In this document: piece after piece, positions 1 to 13,269 of the stretch | Layout: every line of letters starts with the position of its first letter | How positions within the stretch are numbered: the first letter of the stretch is position 1 | Assembly: GCA_964016885.1 (NCBI GenBank) | Contig: OZ024742.1 | Span: 78,678,001 to 78,742,000 of the forward strand | Source of the DNA: Eledone cirrhosa | Taxonomy: Eukaryota | DNA length: 64,000 bases | Direction: 5' to 3' | Translations under genes and position numbers: made by a program | Notes under the pieces: model-generated | Told to the model about the DNA's origin: nothing | Databases searched by the model: none | The model's input: the letters and a program-made list of their open reading frames with translations, nothing else

Positions 1-982
1 TCTTTTGAAATTCTTTCCATTAATTTTAGAAACTGTGTGCGTTTGGGATCTGCCTTTTACTGTGTTTCTCTAATGTACAAATTACTTGGTTTTATTGTTG
101 TTGCTGTTCCTATTCATATTGTTGTTTTTGCTGCTGCTCCTGTTGATGTTATTGTTTTTGATATAGTTTTTGTCGTTGCTGTTGATGATGATGTTTTTAT
201 TATTTTAACAAGAATAGTATTTTCTTTGCTTTTACAATTCATCTTGCATTGAAAAATTTATATATATACAGTATATGTTTAAAGCCATTCTTTTGCCAGA
301 ATGACTCATTCAATATTTGACCAACAATGCTTTTTGAAACTCTTGGAAAGATAATCCATTACGAGGTTGCGTATAATGCAAGAAATAGCAGGCATATCAC
401 TCACAGATAACACTACCATTTCAAGAAGTGAGGGAAAGGTACATTGGATAAAGGTGTTCTAGGTGATGGATCCAACATCACATTTGACAATGAGCATACC
501 ACTGTCATCTCAACTGAAAGTTATTAAAGTAACATCTAATTATATTTTATTGGCACATGTAGCTTTAATGTAATTTTCAGGCAGAATCTGCATGATAATA
601 TGTAACAAGACTTGATCTATTAATTACAGGTAAAATCCAGCTGACAGACTTCCACACAATTTCTATCTACCTAATTTCACTCACAGATGCAAGATGCCAC
701 AGACTGCAGCCAAACCCAGAACCTCATGATTATGAAGTAGATTTCTTCACTACTCAGCTATGTCTGCATCCACAGAATCCTGTATACATTATAACTTGGT
801 AAATAACAAGATAGTCATTGCTTCATGTGTATCTACTTGATGAAAGACAATCTGGGGATAAACACAGTAACATACTAGTTTTGAAAGAGTGGGAGTATGG
901 GCCCAAAATGCCCAAGAATGACACACTGCTGAAGATGTGTGCCAAGCAGCCAACATATAATATATATATAAATATATATATA

Positions 983-3680
983 TCATCATCATCATCATCA
1001 TCATCAACGTTTAACGTCCGTGTTCCACGCTTGCATGGGTTTGGACGGGGGTAGTCCCACTTGAGGCAAGAGTGATTGTCTTGCTCGCATAGGACTGTCT
1101 GGCAGGTTTTCTACAGTTGGATGCCCTTCCTAACACCAACCACATTTACAGTGTGGGTCTGGGAGGTTTTTACCGTGTTGCCTACACGGCCACATTACAG
1201 CGTGGACTGTGTGTTTTTTTGTCGTGACACCTACACGATCTCATTTGTTTCGGCCCGGATGGCGCGGCACCAACATAACTTTACATAGGACGGGGTGGTG
1301 TGGATGGGGTGGGGGTGGTGGTGGTGGGACGGGGTGTATTTTGTTAGAGATGCCTACTGGCAAGGCGGGTCTTCTCTGTTACTGAGTACCGCCAAAGGTC
1401 TCGGTCCAGTGACATTGTCTTGGAGAGGTGTAAGTGTGTGAGGTCGGAGTTTATCAGCTCGTCCCAGGTTTTTCTAGGTCTGCCTATTCCGTGGCTACCG
1501 TCTATCTTTATTGCCCTGCACTTTGTTATACAGCTATCGACTTTCATGCGCATCACGTGTCCATACCAACGTAGCCTTCTCTCGAGTAAACAACATCTGA
1601 TCCCTCTTATCTCTAATTTTTTCCTTAGTTCGTTTATGCTTTGCCGTTCACGTATATTACTGTTACACATCCAGCGGAGCATGCAAGCTTCGTTCCTCTC
1701 TAGTCTGCGTATATCCTCTGCACACAATGCCCAGGTCTCACTGCCATGCAACATTGCTGTTCGTATGCAGGCATCGTACAACCTGCCTTTCATTTTTAGG
1801 GAGAACCCTTTAGCAGCTAATAGTGGTATAAGCTCTCTGAACTTTTTCCAACCAGTTCTGACTCTAGCTACAGTACTTTCAGAGCACCCTCCCCCACTGC
1901 TGATTTTATCGCCCAGGTAACGGAAGCTGTCCACTATTTCTATAGAACCCTCTGCGCAATTGAAAGAGCTAGTATTGTGTGGGCACTTGCTGCTACTTAT
2001 TGCACCAGAACACCGGCCACATGTAAAATCTATGTTCTTAGTTAGCTTACCTGTGATCCCACTACATCTTTTATGCACCCATACTTTGCATTTAGGACAC
2101 AAAATGGAGTTTCTACCTACGCCTTTCCTACACACCGAGCACGACCATTTCCCAGAAGGGACCGCCGCCTTGTTTTCTTTCCTACAAACTAGAACTTTGG
2201 TCTTAGCCAGGTTAATTTTAAGTCCTTTTGACTCTAGGCCGTGCTTCCATGTTTGGAATTTCTTCTCTAGCTCGGCCATTGATTCCGCTATGAGTGTCAG
2301 GTCGTCTGCGTATAGGAGTTCCCATGGGCAGCCTGTCTTGAACTCCTCTGTTATAGCCTGAAGGGCAATAATAAATAGTAGGGGGCTGAGAACAGAGCCC
2401 TGATGGACGCCAACTTTTACGCTAAACTCTTCACTATATTCGTTGTTAATTCTAACCTTGCTGACTGTTTCTTTATACATGGCTTGTATAGCCCTCACAA
2501 GCCATTCGTCAACGCCTAGTTTTCTAAGAGCCCACCAGATAATGGAGCGGGGGACTCTGTCGAAGGCTTTCTCCAAGTCGACAAAAGCTAAGTAGAGGGG
2601 TTTACCTTTAGCTAGGTACTTCTCCTGTAGTTGTCGTACTATGAAAAGAGCGTCTGTGGTACTTTTGCCTGACACAAACCCGAACTGCATTTCATCTAGG
2701 TCAATTCTCTCTCTGATTAGTTGCGCTATTACTTTTTCTGTGACCTTCATGACCTGGTCGATTAATTTAATGCCTCTATAGTTACTCCTATCTAGGGCGT
2801 CTCCTTTACCCTTATAACAGTTAACGATGATTCTGCTATGCCAGTCCTTCGGAACAACCCCATTCTGTACGACTTGGTTAACTATGCGGGTGACCATGGT
2901 GTGTCCCACCGTGCCAGATGCCTTCAGCATCTCAGCAACTATTTCCGAAGGCCCAGCCGCCTTACCTGTCTTCATATCCTTGATTGCCTTACTTATTATA
3001 CTCCCCTCGACTAACACTGCTGGTCCCTCTATTGGGTCGACATGGGGGAGACTGTCTTTCTCCCATTTATTCTCCTCATTTAGTAGCCTTTCATAGTGAC
3101 ACTTCCAAGCTGCCTTCTTATCAGTGTCGGTGATGGCAAGTATGCCATCATCGTTAAGTACACACTTCTCCCCGACAATATCACGATTTTCCTTGACGCA
3201 TTGCCTAGCAATCCTGAACACCTCACGTTTTTGGTCATCGCGTTGTAGGACATGCTTGAACTTTCTTTCCTCAGCTTCCCTTCTTGCTAAGTACACTTCT
3301 CTCCTAGCTTCCCTCCTGGCCACTTGATAGTCTACTCTACTTCCCCCATCCCGCCATACTTTCCAAGCCTGCTTTTTGGCCTTAATTGACTCCTCCACCT
3401 TACTGTTCCACCACCATGTTACTCTCCTCCTGCCTACAGGCCTGCTCCAGCCACAGACTTCGTCTGTGGCCAACAGCAGGTTTGCTTTCAGAAATTCCCA
3501 CTGTCCCTCTATATTGTCCGACTCTAAGTGTTCTTCCTTACTGTCGAAAGCATCAAGTAATATGTTTTGAAATTTATTTTTGGCTGTGGGGTCCTTTAGC
3601 TTCCATATTTTTCTCCTGAGGATAGTCCTCTTCTGCTGTCGAGTACGTCTCGACCTGACTATGAGGTCGCTAATTATCAA
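983..3680 (-). mobile_element. RTE-clade LINE, family A1, 5'-truncated, with 3' UTR and (GAT)n tail, inserted in (TA)n
   Basis: (CAT)n at 983-1007, 3' UTR to 1343, RT ORF, abrupt end at 3680; (TA)n on both sides. Confidence 0.93.
1344..3680 (-). pseudogene. Truncated LINE ORF: RT domain with embedded PHD-type finger; endonuclease domain missing
   Basis: Motifs YRGIKL, QFGF, FVDLEKAFD, GVHQGSVLSP, YADD, FRYLG, ERRLRWYGHV, GRPRKTW; uninterrupted 778 codons. Confidence 0.92.
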
Positions 3681-3760
3681 TATATATATATATATATATT
3701 AGAAAGTGAGGTTTTTTTTACAAAATGAAAAATAACCGAGGTGTCCTACACGAGTGGAAG

Positions 3761-3981
3761 TATAAAGAAAAAGAGATGAAATCGAAAATGCAACTGAAGT
3801 CTTATTTTTTTTTTAAATATATATATTTATTTGGTTCCTTTACCGGTTTCGCAGTTCTTCTGCTTTTCAAAAGGTGAGTTGAGATGGAGGGTCTGTGGTT
3901 TTTCTCACAAGGAACCAAATAAATATATATATTTTTTAAAAAAATAAGACTTCAGTTGCATTTTCGATTTCATCTCTTTTT

Positions 3982-3990
<9 letters not shown>
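3761..3990. repeat. Inverted repeat, ~80-bp arms (3761-3840 and 3909-3988) around a 68-bp spacer
   Basis: TATAAAGAAAAAGAGATGAAATCG...GGTTCCTT is reverse-complemented as AAGGAACC...CGATTTCATCTCTTTTTCTTTATA. Confidence 0.92.
3837..3874 (-). ncRNA. Degenerate type I hammerhead ribozyme
   Basis: Minus strand CCUU-UUGAAAA-GCAG-aagaa-CUGC-GAAA-CCGG-UA-AAGG: stems I and II pair, stem III is palindromic, two substitutions in CUGANGA. Confidence 0.7.
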
Positions 3991-4034
<44 letters not shown>

Positions 4035-4053
<19 letters not shown>

Positions 4054-4210
4054 TAGGTTGGTGTTAGGAAGGGCATCCAGCTGTAGAAATTAAGCCAAAA
4101 TCAGTTCTGTATGTACAAGACATGGTCACCTGACTTGGCATTGCCCACAACAAGACAACCCGCCTAACCCATGCTAGTGTGGAAGAATGCATGTAAAATG
4201 GTGATGATGA
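4035..4210 (+). mobile_element. RTE family A-type 3' UTR/tail fragment
   Basis: GGTTGGTGTTAGGAAGGGCATCCAGCTGTAGAAAT...AACCCATGCTAG...GATGATGA matches 48121-48285. Confidence 0.8.
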
Positions 4211-5392
4211 CACACACATGTATATAATTTTTTTATGCTTGCTTTTCCAGGCTGGCATGGTTGATGACCATTCAGTGAAGTACAGCTAAGAGTTGGTGTG
4301 GAAGAGAAAGACCAAGAAAAATATGGACAACAGTGGTGAAAACTGATCTCAAGAAACTGACACTGAAAAAGATGCAAAAGTAAATACACAGGTAGAGAGA
4401 TGTGGTATAAGAGAGAAAACATCTTACTCATGCTACAATTGAGAAATGAAAGTATAAATGGCAATGTCCATGAGAGGATGTAAGAAACTCTCAGGAGAGT
4501 TGGACAACAGAAGGTCTTAAGAGAAAAGGAACCTCTTTCAAGCAAATGCTTTGGCTCTCAACTTCTTACACTTAAAAAGAGTGTGGCTGCATCCAGATCA
4601 TGATTCCTTGGTACCCTTCTGCTGCCATTTAGCCATTCAGATAGCACAGACTTGTTGTGTACATAAACCATATGGAGATTTTGTTGACAGGATCTAGCTC
4701 TTTTCCATTGCCTCTGCTTCCAAACTTACATCTATGATTATATAGTCTGGTAAATAGTTTAAATGTTGTCATGCTCTTTTAGCATGTAAAGTAATCAGGA
4801 TTGATACTGGAATTAACAATGTAATCATTGGAATTTTGTCTAAGAAATTCCATCATAGATAAAAATCGATGTTAGCATGGAAATTCTGATGATTATTATG
4901 CAAATGTTGATAATAAATAATTTAAAAAATACTGTAAAATCCTTAAGCATGGTTTCAAGTGCAGCTAGGAGCCTAGCTAAATACATTAAAATAGACAGCA
5001 TAGATTAACTTATGTTAAACATTGACTCAAGGAGTTCTCTATACAGTTATTTGGCTTGCTAGAAATAGCTGCCTATCTCTTTCAAATCACACCTTTCTCC
5101 TCTAAAAATGGATGACACTTTGGACATAGTCAAAGCAGAGTCAACCCTGACCATTGTACCATTTTAGTGGCATCTACAACTACACTTTTGAATGTCTTAT
5201 TCACCTTTTTAATGAGTTGGTATATGATTTGTGGAAAATGTTGCTGCTATTTTTAGCAGGTCAAGCAATCCCATAGTGGCTTCCTTGCTGGTTGAAGTGT
5301 TTGTTTTAGTATGGTTGCTATCAGTGAATACTCAGGGTTATATTGGTTATCATGGTTATTGTTTCCGTTGTTCTTTCTGCTACTACTGTAAT

Positions 5393-5838
5393 CAACCATT
5401 CTCTACTCTCTACACACAGACATATTGCAACCATTCTCTTCTCTCTACACACAGACATATTGCAACCATTCTCTTCTCTCTACACACAGACATATTGCAA
5501 CCATTCTCTTCTCTCTACACACAGACATATTGCAACCATTCTCTTCTCTCTACACACAGACATATTGCAACCATTCTCTTCTCTCTACACACAGACATAT
5601 TGCAACCATTCTCTTCTCTCTACACGCAGACATATTGCAACCATTCTCTTCTCTCTACACACAGACATATTGCAACCATTCTCTTCTCTCTACACACAGA
5701 CATATTGCAACCTTTCGCTTCTCTCTACACGCAGACATATTGCAACCATTCTCTTCTCTCTACACACAGACATATTGAAACCATTCTCTTCCTCCTACAC
5801 ACAAATATTACAACCATTTTCTCTTGTATACACACACA
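5393..5838. repeat. 35-bp minisatellite, ~12 copies
   Basis: Unit CAACCATTCTCTTCTCTCTACACACAGACATATTG at 35-bp period; edge copies degenerate. Confidence 0.95.
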
Positions 5839-6603
5839 TAATACACACCAATCAATTCTACAAGATCAACCAGAGATCAATCATGGTAATGATTGTGATG
5901 ATTGTCACAGTAGACCAACAAGTGTGCAATAGTAGTAGTGATTCTATTGATAGTCATGGTGGTGGTGGTAGTGGTGATGGTGGTGATCGTAATGATAATG
6001 TTAGGAAGAGTGAAGCATGATGATCCTAACAACAATGAAGATGCTGCTGATGTTAGAGATGATATTCACTTCATCTCATAAAAGATATATGAAAACATAC
6101 AAATGAATAAATAAAATATAACAAAATCAAATGAAAATTTGACCAAAAGGAGACTATAATGAATTGAACTGAAAATGCAAACAAAACCAGCTGAAAAGAC
6201 AAAAGGGAAATTGGTAGAATTTCAAGAAGTCCTTCCACTGATCACATATTGAATAGCATGGTATTTATAGTAAGGAAATTGTCAGATAATGCATCAAAGT
6301 TACTCTATTCCGATTCCTCCACAAAGCCATTTATTCTGGGAAACTCTCCAAGAGAGATGGTTTATTGAAAAAGGAGGGGAAAAAAGACTAAACAAATAAA
6401 CAGAAAAACAAACAAAAACAAGAAAGAATAAAACATTAAGCACTTATTTGAGAATAGTTTACATTGGGATTACATGAGTGTGTGTGTGTGCATGCATATA
6501 TATACACACACACACACTAATATATGTATATGTGTGTGTATTTATATATATATATATATACACATACATATATGTGCTTGTGTGTGTATGTATGTATATA
6601 TGT

Positions 6604-6668
<65 letters not shown>

Positions 6669-7128
6669 TATATATATATATGCTAGCGTGGAAGATGGAC
6701 GTTAAACGATGATGATGATGATGATGACATACATGTGTGTATGCCATGCATTTATGTAAATGTGAAAGTCATAGGAAATATGGATTAAGGTCAAACTAAA
6801 AAGAGAGAAGCATTTGAAAAGAAGAGAGACATCTTCACACATGAACATATGTAAAGATAGAGACCAAGCACATGTGTGCATGCATGTGTATATCTAGTCA
6901 CTTTCAATCACACATGCTCTCAATCTTTACCTTGGCTGAAATGTGCAGCTTCAAGACATTAGCTTGTAGGTCATTTATCATGTTTTATATGTTCTCTGTT
7001 AAACATAAATATATAAATACATATGTTTACACATGCACACACATGCACGCACACACATACATATACATAAATATAGATCATTTTTCATCTAGTCCACAAA
7101 TGTTGTATATTCACATTATATATTCTTG

Positions 7129-7323
7129 TAATAATTGTTTCTACTTTTGGTACAAGGCCAGCAATTATCCCAGTGTATTACTGCTACTTTATTTTATCGA
7201 CTCCGTAAGGATGAAAAGCAAAGTTAACCTCGGCGGGATTTGAACTCAGACCATAAAGGGCCGTAACTCTTTGCTGGAAAGCATGGCGTCCGACCCTCCA
7301 TCGATACTACCAATCCACCGCCC
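7129..7323 (-). mobile_element. tRNA-derived SINE, family S1
   Basis: A/B-box-like head (GAGTTCAAATCC) and TTTCATCCTTACGG.GTCGATAAAATAA.GTA.CAG body; same sequence recurs near 11158, 23164, 52470, 56868, 58360, 58487. Confidence 0.8.
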
Positions 7324-7852
7324 TTATATATTCTTGTAATAAATACACGGAGGAGGTATATAACCTAATTTATGAACTGATATTGCCATTTTCAAAACAG
7401 CTAGGGAGTTACATGTATGTGCGTGTCAGTGGGAAGAAGCTACCAATTTGAGTAATTTAGATACACCCTTTTCAAGTGAATAAAATTATATACCATTCCA
7501 GGGTAGTGGATTAGTGAAATTGTTAGAGTGTGGGATGAGATGCCTCACAGTATTTATTCCAGCCCATTGCTTTCTAACTTGTGTGCTAGAGTTAATCCAT
7601 AGCTTGGTTTAACACTGCCATTTGGATTTTGGGTGCTTTTAGTAGAGGAAACCTTGTAACAAGCATTTCGTCCAGGTTTCTGGTATGAGGATACTTTGTT
7701 ATGCAGCACTTGTCTCAGATGTCTTCACAAAGACCATGAGCATTGCCCTTTCCTCACTGACTAAACAATATAAATAAATAGAAACAGAAAGGAGAAACCC
7801 TTTCATAGATGTTAGACATATTAGAAATAATAGACATCTTTCTGGTCCTACA

Positions 7853-8285
7853 ACAAAAATTGCCCAGTCCACGCTGTAAAGTGGTCATGTAGGTGACATG
7901 ACAAAAAGTGCCCAGACCACACTGTAAAGTGGTCATGTAGGTGACATGACAAAAAGTGCCCAGTCCATACTGTAAAGTGGTCATGTAGGCCACATGATAA
8001 AGAGTGTCCAGTCCACACTGTAAAGTGATCACGCTGGTGTCACAACAAAAAGTGCCTAGTCCACACTGTAAAAGTTGTTGTTTTGGTGCCATGATAAAAG
8101 GCATCAAGTCCAAGCTGAGAACACAGTTGCCATTAGGAAGGGCATCCAGCCATAGAAACCAAACCAGAAACAGTTCTGTATGAGTAAGACACAATCATTC
8201 AACCTGACTTGACTCACAATGAGACACCTCATCTAACCCATGCTAGCACGGAAAAATAGGCATTAAATGGTGATGATGGTGATAA
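7853..8285 (+). mobile_element. RTE-type 3' end with ~5 tandem copies of a 48-bp unit, then tail
   Basis: Unit ACAAAAAGTGCCCAGTCCACACTGTAAAGTGGTCATGTAGGTGACATG at 7853, 7901, 7949, 7997, 8045; then AGGAAGGGCATCCAGC...AACCCATGCTAGC...GATGAT. Confidence 0.8.
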
Positions 8286-11157
8286 TAATGTTTCCATCAA
8301 ATCACATCCTACCTTTGTATGAAATGAAAGACAAATTTTACTCCTAAAATATACAAAAAATAAAACAGGTTGGTCCTAGCTGCAACACCTTTGAACAAAG
8401 TTCTGCTGCATTGTTGTTGAGTTCCTGATCAACCCTAATCTTCCATACAACTGAAAACCCTCTACGAATGTGTAATTCAATTGTTTTGTTGACACATGCT
8501 ATACAATAGTGTAATGTAAAGAAGATAGAAATGCACTAGTCTGGAAAATTTTTGATACCACCTCATATATATATATTTATTATTAGCACAGATTAAATTT
8601 TAAGATTAAATGCTTTCACGCCTTTATATTGATATGCATTTGAATTACTGAAGGTGTATTTAAAATTTGATATGCAAAGCACACAGTTTCCCTTAGACAC
8701 AATGAAAAAGGTTCACGGCAGCATTGTTAAAACGTATATAGTGGTTAAAAGGTAACATAATCACATATGATATTGTATGGAGAATCCAAGAAAAAGAAAA
8801 CATACCATATATAAATGGAACAAGAGATTAGGTATGCATATCAGAGAAGGCTAATATATTGGAAAGCAGTAAAATATCTATCAATTACCCTAATACTTAT
8901 TCAGAGAACTTTGGAACTTGTAACCATTTTCATAAATAAGTATTAAAATTTTGGCATCTGACCATACCAACTGACTAAGTACAGGATGCCAGATGGAGTA
9001 GGTATCATCAGAATCTACTATACCACTTTTATTCCCATGGCTTGTACACCATAATCCTACAACTCTGCCATTCTAAATCTTTCAGTTCATAGCGCATTTT
9101 GGTGTTACTTTACACCCACGCTGTGTATACTTTATTTTTAATATTGTTAAATAAAAATATGTCTCAGTTATATGTATTTTGTAGTATTTACTTGGTACGA
9201 AATGATGAGAATTATGATCACTTTAATTCACATTTTTGCTTACTGTTTCTTTGTTTATATATATCCAGGGGATTGAACAACCAATTTTTAAAATTCAAAA
9301 TGTATTTCACTTCCACTGTAATATAACTAGAGATTTTATTAGATAGATTTCACTCGGGGAAGGTAGCCATAGCATACTTTCTTTCTGAACAAGAAGATAT
9401 TTGTTAAAAAGACAACATAGTCAATCGATATTATGCCTCTGTGTTTACCTGTAGTATCTGATAGTTATGACTTAACCTTTTAACATGCAACTCACATGGC
9501 AAAACTTCAAGTAGAAATCTTTTGACAGCTGTTGTAATATAGAATACATTATATAATGTATATATTATAAACATAAGTATAAAAGAAACTGATCTAAATG
9601 GGTTAAAGTACTTAATTTTGTTGTTTTTCATTATTTCTATAATACATCCAAATACAACTTGTGGATTCTGGAATCAACATAAGATTTGAGAGTTCCATGA
9701 GAAAAATCTCTGTGCATTTCATTTCCTTACATGACATGATTTAAGGAATTTGTATGTAAGTTGAGTAATAGAATCTTTCTGCAGCAATATACCTGGTTAT
9801 TTCTTGACTTTCTAACAATAAGAGGATAAAGAGGAAATATATATAATATTCTTTGTAAGAAACTATACATTGTTAATGCTAAGAAATTAAGCAAAAATAT
9901 ATAGAAATATATAAAAATATGATAATACATAGATATAAATTGAGGGAGAGATGGTATGTATTTAAGAGTGTGTGTAGTGTATATGTATATATGCATGCGT
10001 ATATTTATGCAAGTTGGAAAGCAAGAGATGGGATTGATAAAAATATATATAGTTAAAGACAGGTATATATGGAAAATTAAAAGATTTATAAATGTATATT
10101 TAGGACTATACATATATATCCATCAACCAAAATAAAGAGCCCAAAGAGGCAGCAGATGTATAACATGAGACAAATTCTACTTTTCTTTCCCAGTTATCAG
10201 CATTTTAGTGCTTGTTCATTTCTTGGTATAGCTCAATCACCCTACCTTGGTCAGTATATGCCTCTTGCAGCTAGATTTTTTTCTTCAAGATATAGTAACT
10301 AAGTGAATGTAGTTTAGAGTTGGTATACTAAATCCTTCCATGTCATAAGAGGTGACTAAATAGATTGGCATTAAGAAGGACATCAAGTTGTGAAACATTG
10401 CTTCAAAAAATAAACTAACATGATTATAAAGCCTCTCAAAGCACCTAAATGTCTAACTCTTACTTCTACAGAGAAAATGGTCTTAAAATATTTGCAGTTG
10501 TATTCACTAAAGATTATGTCATGGTGTAGTGTTAAGTGACCAAATCATTTCTGACAATTGGCAAGAATTTCATAGTTAGCAGTTTTCCCAAAAATGTTAT
10601 CCCTAACATTCCCATCATTTCAATGGTCTATATAAAAAATGTGAAGGGTCTTTCTATAACATTTCATTCCAAAGGCTATCATTCATTTGTCAGCATCTAA
10701 TGTCCATGATTAGCACCTATTGGCTCTATTTGTAATTAGTATTGCTCTTTAAAATGAGTTTTTGTTGTTATTGGAATATTTTCTTATTCAAACAGAATTT
10801 AATATTGATAAAGCTGATGTAACGACTGCATTTCAGTACTTTATTTTTTTTCTGTTATAATATTTTGCTATCATTCTTTTCAAATATTGAAATTCAACTT
10901 GTTTGTTGTTCTTTCAATTTTGTTCAAAAGAGGTTGACTGTTTTACTTTTATTATCAAAATCAGTAGAATGTCAGACATGTTTAGCAGCATAGAGTTATG
11001 CCCTTTTATGCTCCGAGTTCAAAGTTATCTTTGTTTTCATCCTCAGCAGTTCAATAAAATTGAATACCAGTAACACACAGGAGTCGATTAAATTGACTTT
11101 CTCCACTGCCAAAAAAAGTGTTGGCATCATGCTTAGATCAGAAACCATTATTATAAT

Positions 11158-11405
11158 GGGTAGATTGGCAGTATCGGTAGAGCGTTGGATAACATGCTTT
11201 GAGGCACACAGTTACAGCTCTTTACGTTCTGAGTTCAAATCCTGCTAAGGTTAGCTTTGTCTTTTATTCTTATAGGCTTGATAAAATAAAGTACCAGTAA
11301 TGTGCTGGGGTCGATAAGATACGGTATCAGTAACATGAATTTAATTGCACCCCCCCCCCCCCCATCCCCAAATGGTTGGCCTTGTGCCTAAATTAGAAAC
11401 CAATA
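11158..11405 (+). mobile_element. tRNA-derived SINE, family S1
   Basis: GATTGGCAGTATCGGTAGAGCG...GAGTTCAAATCC...GATAAAATAAAGTACCAG...GGCCTTGTGCC; reverse of 7129-7323. Confidence 0.75.
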
Positions 11406-13269
11406 ATACAATGGGAATGAAAATAATAATTATGTTAAAAAACTGTACAATAATAATTATGTTATTGAATAAAAAGAAATGAAAAGTAGAGAAAGATTAA
11501 GAAAAAAGAATGAAGCGATGAAAGAAAGGTAGAAGAGAAAGAGGTGGTGTTTAAGATGTACCCTGCAGACAAAATGGCAAAATGGCCACAGAGAATGGCC
11601 AGTGGCATCTACTACAACAACCACCCCACCTCATAGGCTCTTTCCTCAAGTAGGCTGCTGTCTTTCTAATTTTACAGTGACCCATACAAAAAGGAAACGA
11701 TCAGTCAAGCCAGAGTATTTAGTTAACTGTTTAAAAAAAAAAAAATGTTTTTCATTGCTAAGCTATTCTTCATTTCATCCCAACAACTCAATATCATAAG
11801 CAGTTTTATTACTAACTTCTCTACATCCTAATTTAATATTTCCTTCAAGTCATTGTATATTCTAAATACACATTGTAAATGCTTGGTAAAAACTTAGCTT
11901 TGTCTGACAGTAACTATTGTTTTAAAAAAGTAGTTATCCAGGTGTTTTTTTTCGAACAAAACCAGACTTTTCATTGTCTGTTCATAAAATGAAATAACAT
12001 TTACTACTATTATCTTCTGATAATAAAATATAATGCTCCATGCTACACAAAATCTACAGCTTTTTTGACGTCTGATTGATGTTCCAGTTATATTTTTCTG
12101 TTTGGAAATTAATGTAATAAATCTGTTCAACAGTGTTTTTCTCTTCTTGGAATCCAACCTGTTTCCCTAAGTATAATTTTTGAGCATGGTTTCAATAACC
12201 AATAAAGAAATATTTCATATATAACACGTATGACTTTCAGATATTGACAGAAACTTCTACCTATACAGCTGCATCTGAAATTTAATTATAGCAGTTAAAT
12301 GTTCCTTGATCTGGCAATTTGAGAATAACTGAATCAGAAATAGCTACTGATTACAATCTACTAGCAACTAAGAAAACTTGAGCTATCAAATCTTCTTTTG
12401 AGATAACAATAGATGTAGGATGTGTCACCCTCTCTCCTTCTCCCTTTCTTTTCTTGCCTAATAGTCCTTGCTCTATCCCTCCTTTTCCTCTCATTTATAA
12501 CATTTATAAACCTTCCCAATGCTACTTTCTTTTTCTGTGATTTATTATTCTTATGTAATTTTATCCTAAGAATATATTTGAGCATTTTGAAATAGAAGAT
12601 TTATATAGAAGTTTTATACAGAAAAAAAAAATATGATGGTGAAATGACAATATGTACACAACATTAAAGATGTCACATCTGTTGAGCTTTCCTTCTGCTT
12701 TAAACTTCAAAGATTACAGTTTTATTTCTGTTACAGCCAGTACCACAATTGATATATAAATAAATAAAACAACTTCTACATTTTCTGTCTCACCTATGCC
12801 ACGTGGGTAGAACAAAGGCATTGCCATGAAGAACAGCCAACAATTCCCACTTCATCAGCCATTCTACCTCATAAAGTTCTTTCTTCAGGTTCAACAGCTT
12901 GATTCCAGAAGAGAAAAATGGTTATCCTATCTGAACATCTGCCTTCAACCCAGTTGAAGGCAAAATAGCAGAATTTTTCTGATTCACACATGAAAGGCCA
13001 ATGTGTACCACAACTCCTCGTGTACTCATCTTAAAAACTAAAGGTGTAGACAATGACATATGCTTTGTTACAAGGTACTCCAGATGGAGGTAAAATGATT
13101 CTCTTGCAGAATAAATTACATTTGATATTGTCTCAGTCTTGAAATCTGAACAAAACTAAAGATGATTAGAAACAACAAATAATTTTATCCAGCATTCTTC
13201 TTTCAACAACAACAACAATACTAATATGGGTTTGAGAAAACTCTTTCTTTTAGATGACCATGTGGTGAT

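Noticed and set aside
1420-3619. Antisense ORFs overlapping LINE RT frames (also 26302-28152, 45307-47856, 19461-20257, 63115-63770)
   Set aside because: Shadow frames of the LINE coding strand; they recur only because the element is repeated
6459-6747. Many ORFs rich in Y/I/C/V/H/T or poly-M/D/H here and at 13579, 14158, 20536, 22149, 32081, 37281
   Set aside because: Translations of (TA)n, (CA)n and (GAT)n microsatellites; no coding signal
9740-9812. Possible minus-strand terminal exon (SQEITRYIAAERFYYSTYIQIP-stop) after a pyrimidine tract and AG
   Set aside because: Too short, no recognisable homology and no partner exons found
11894-13030. Lys/Arg-rich ORFs (11894-12157, 12361-12585) and a Cys-containing frame near 12870-13030
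   Set aside because: No recognisable domain or consistent splice structure; explained by base composition
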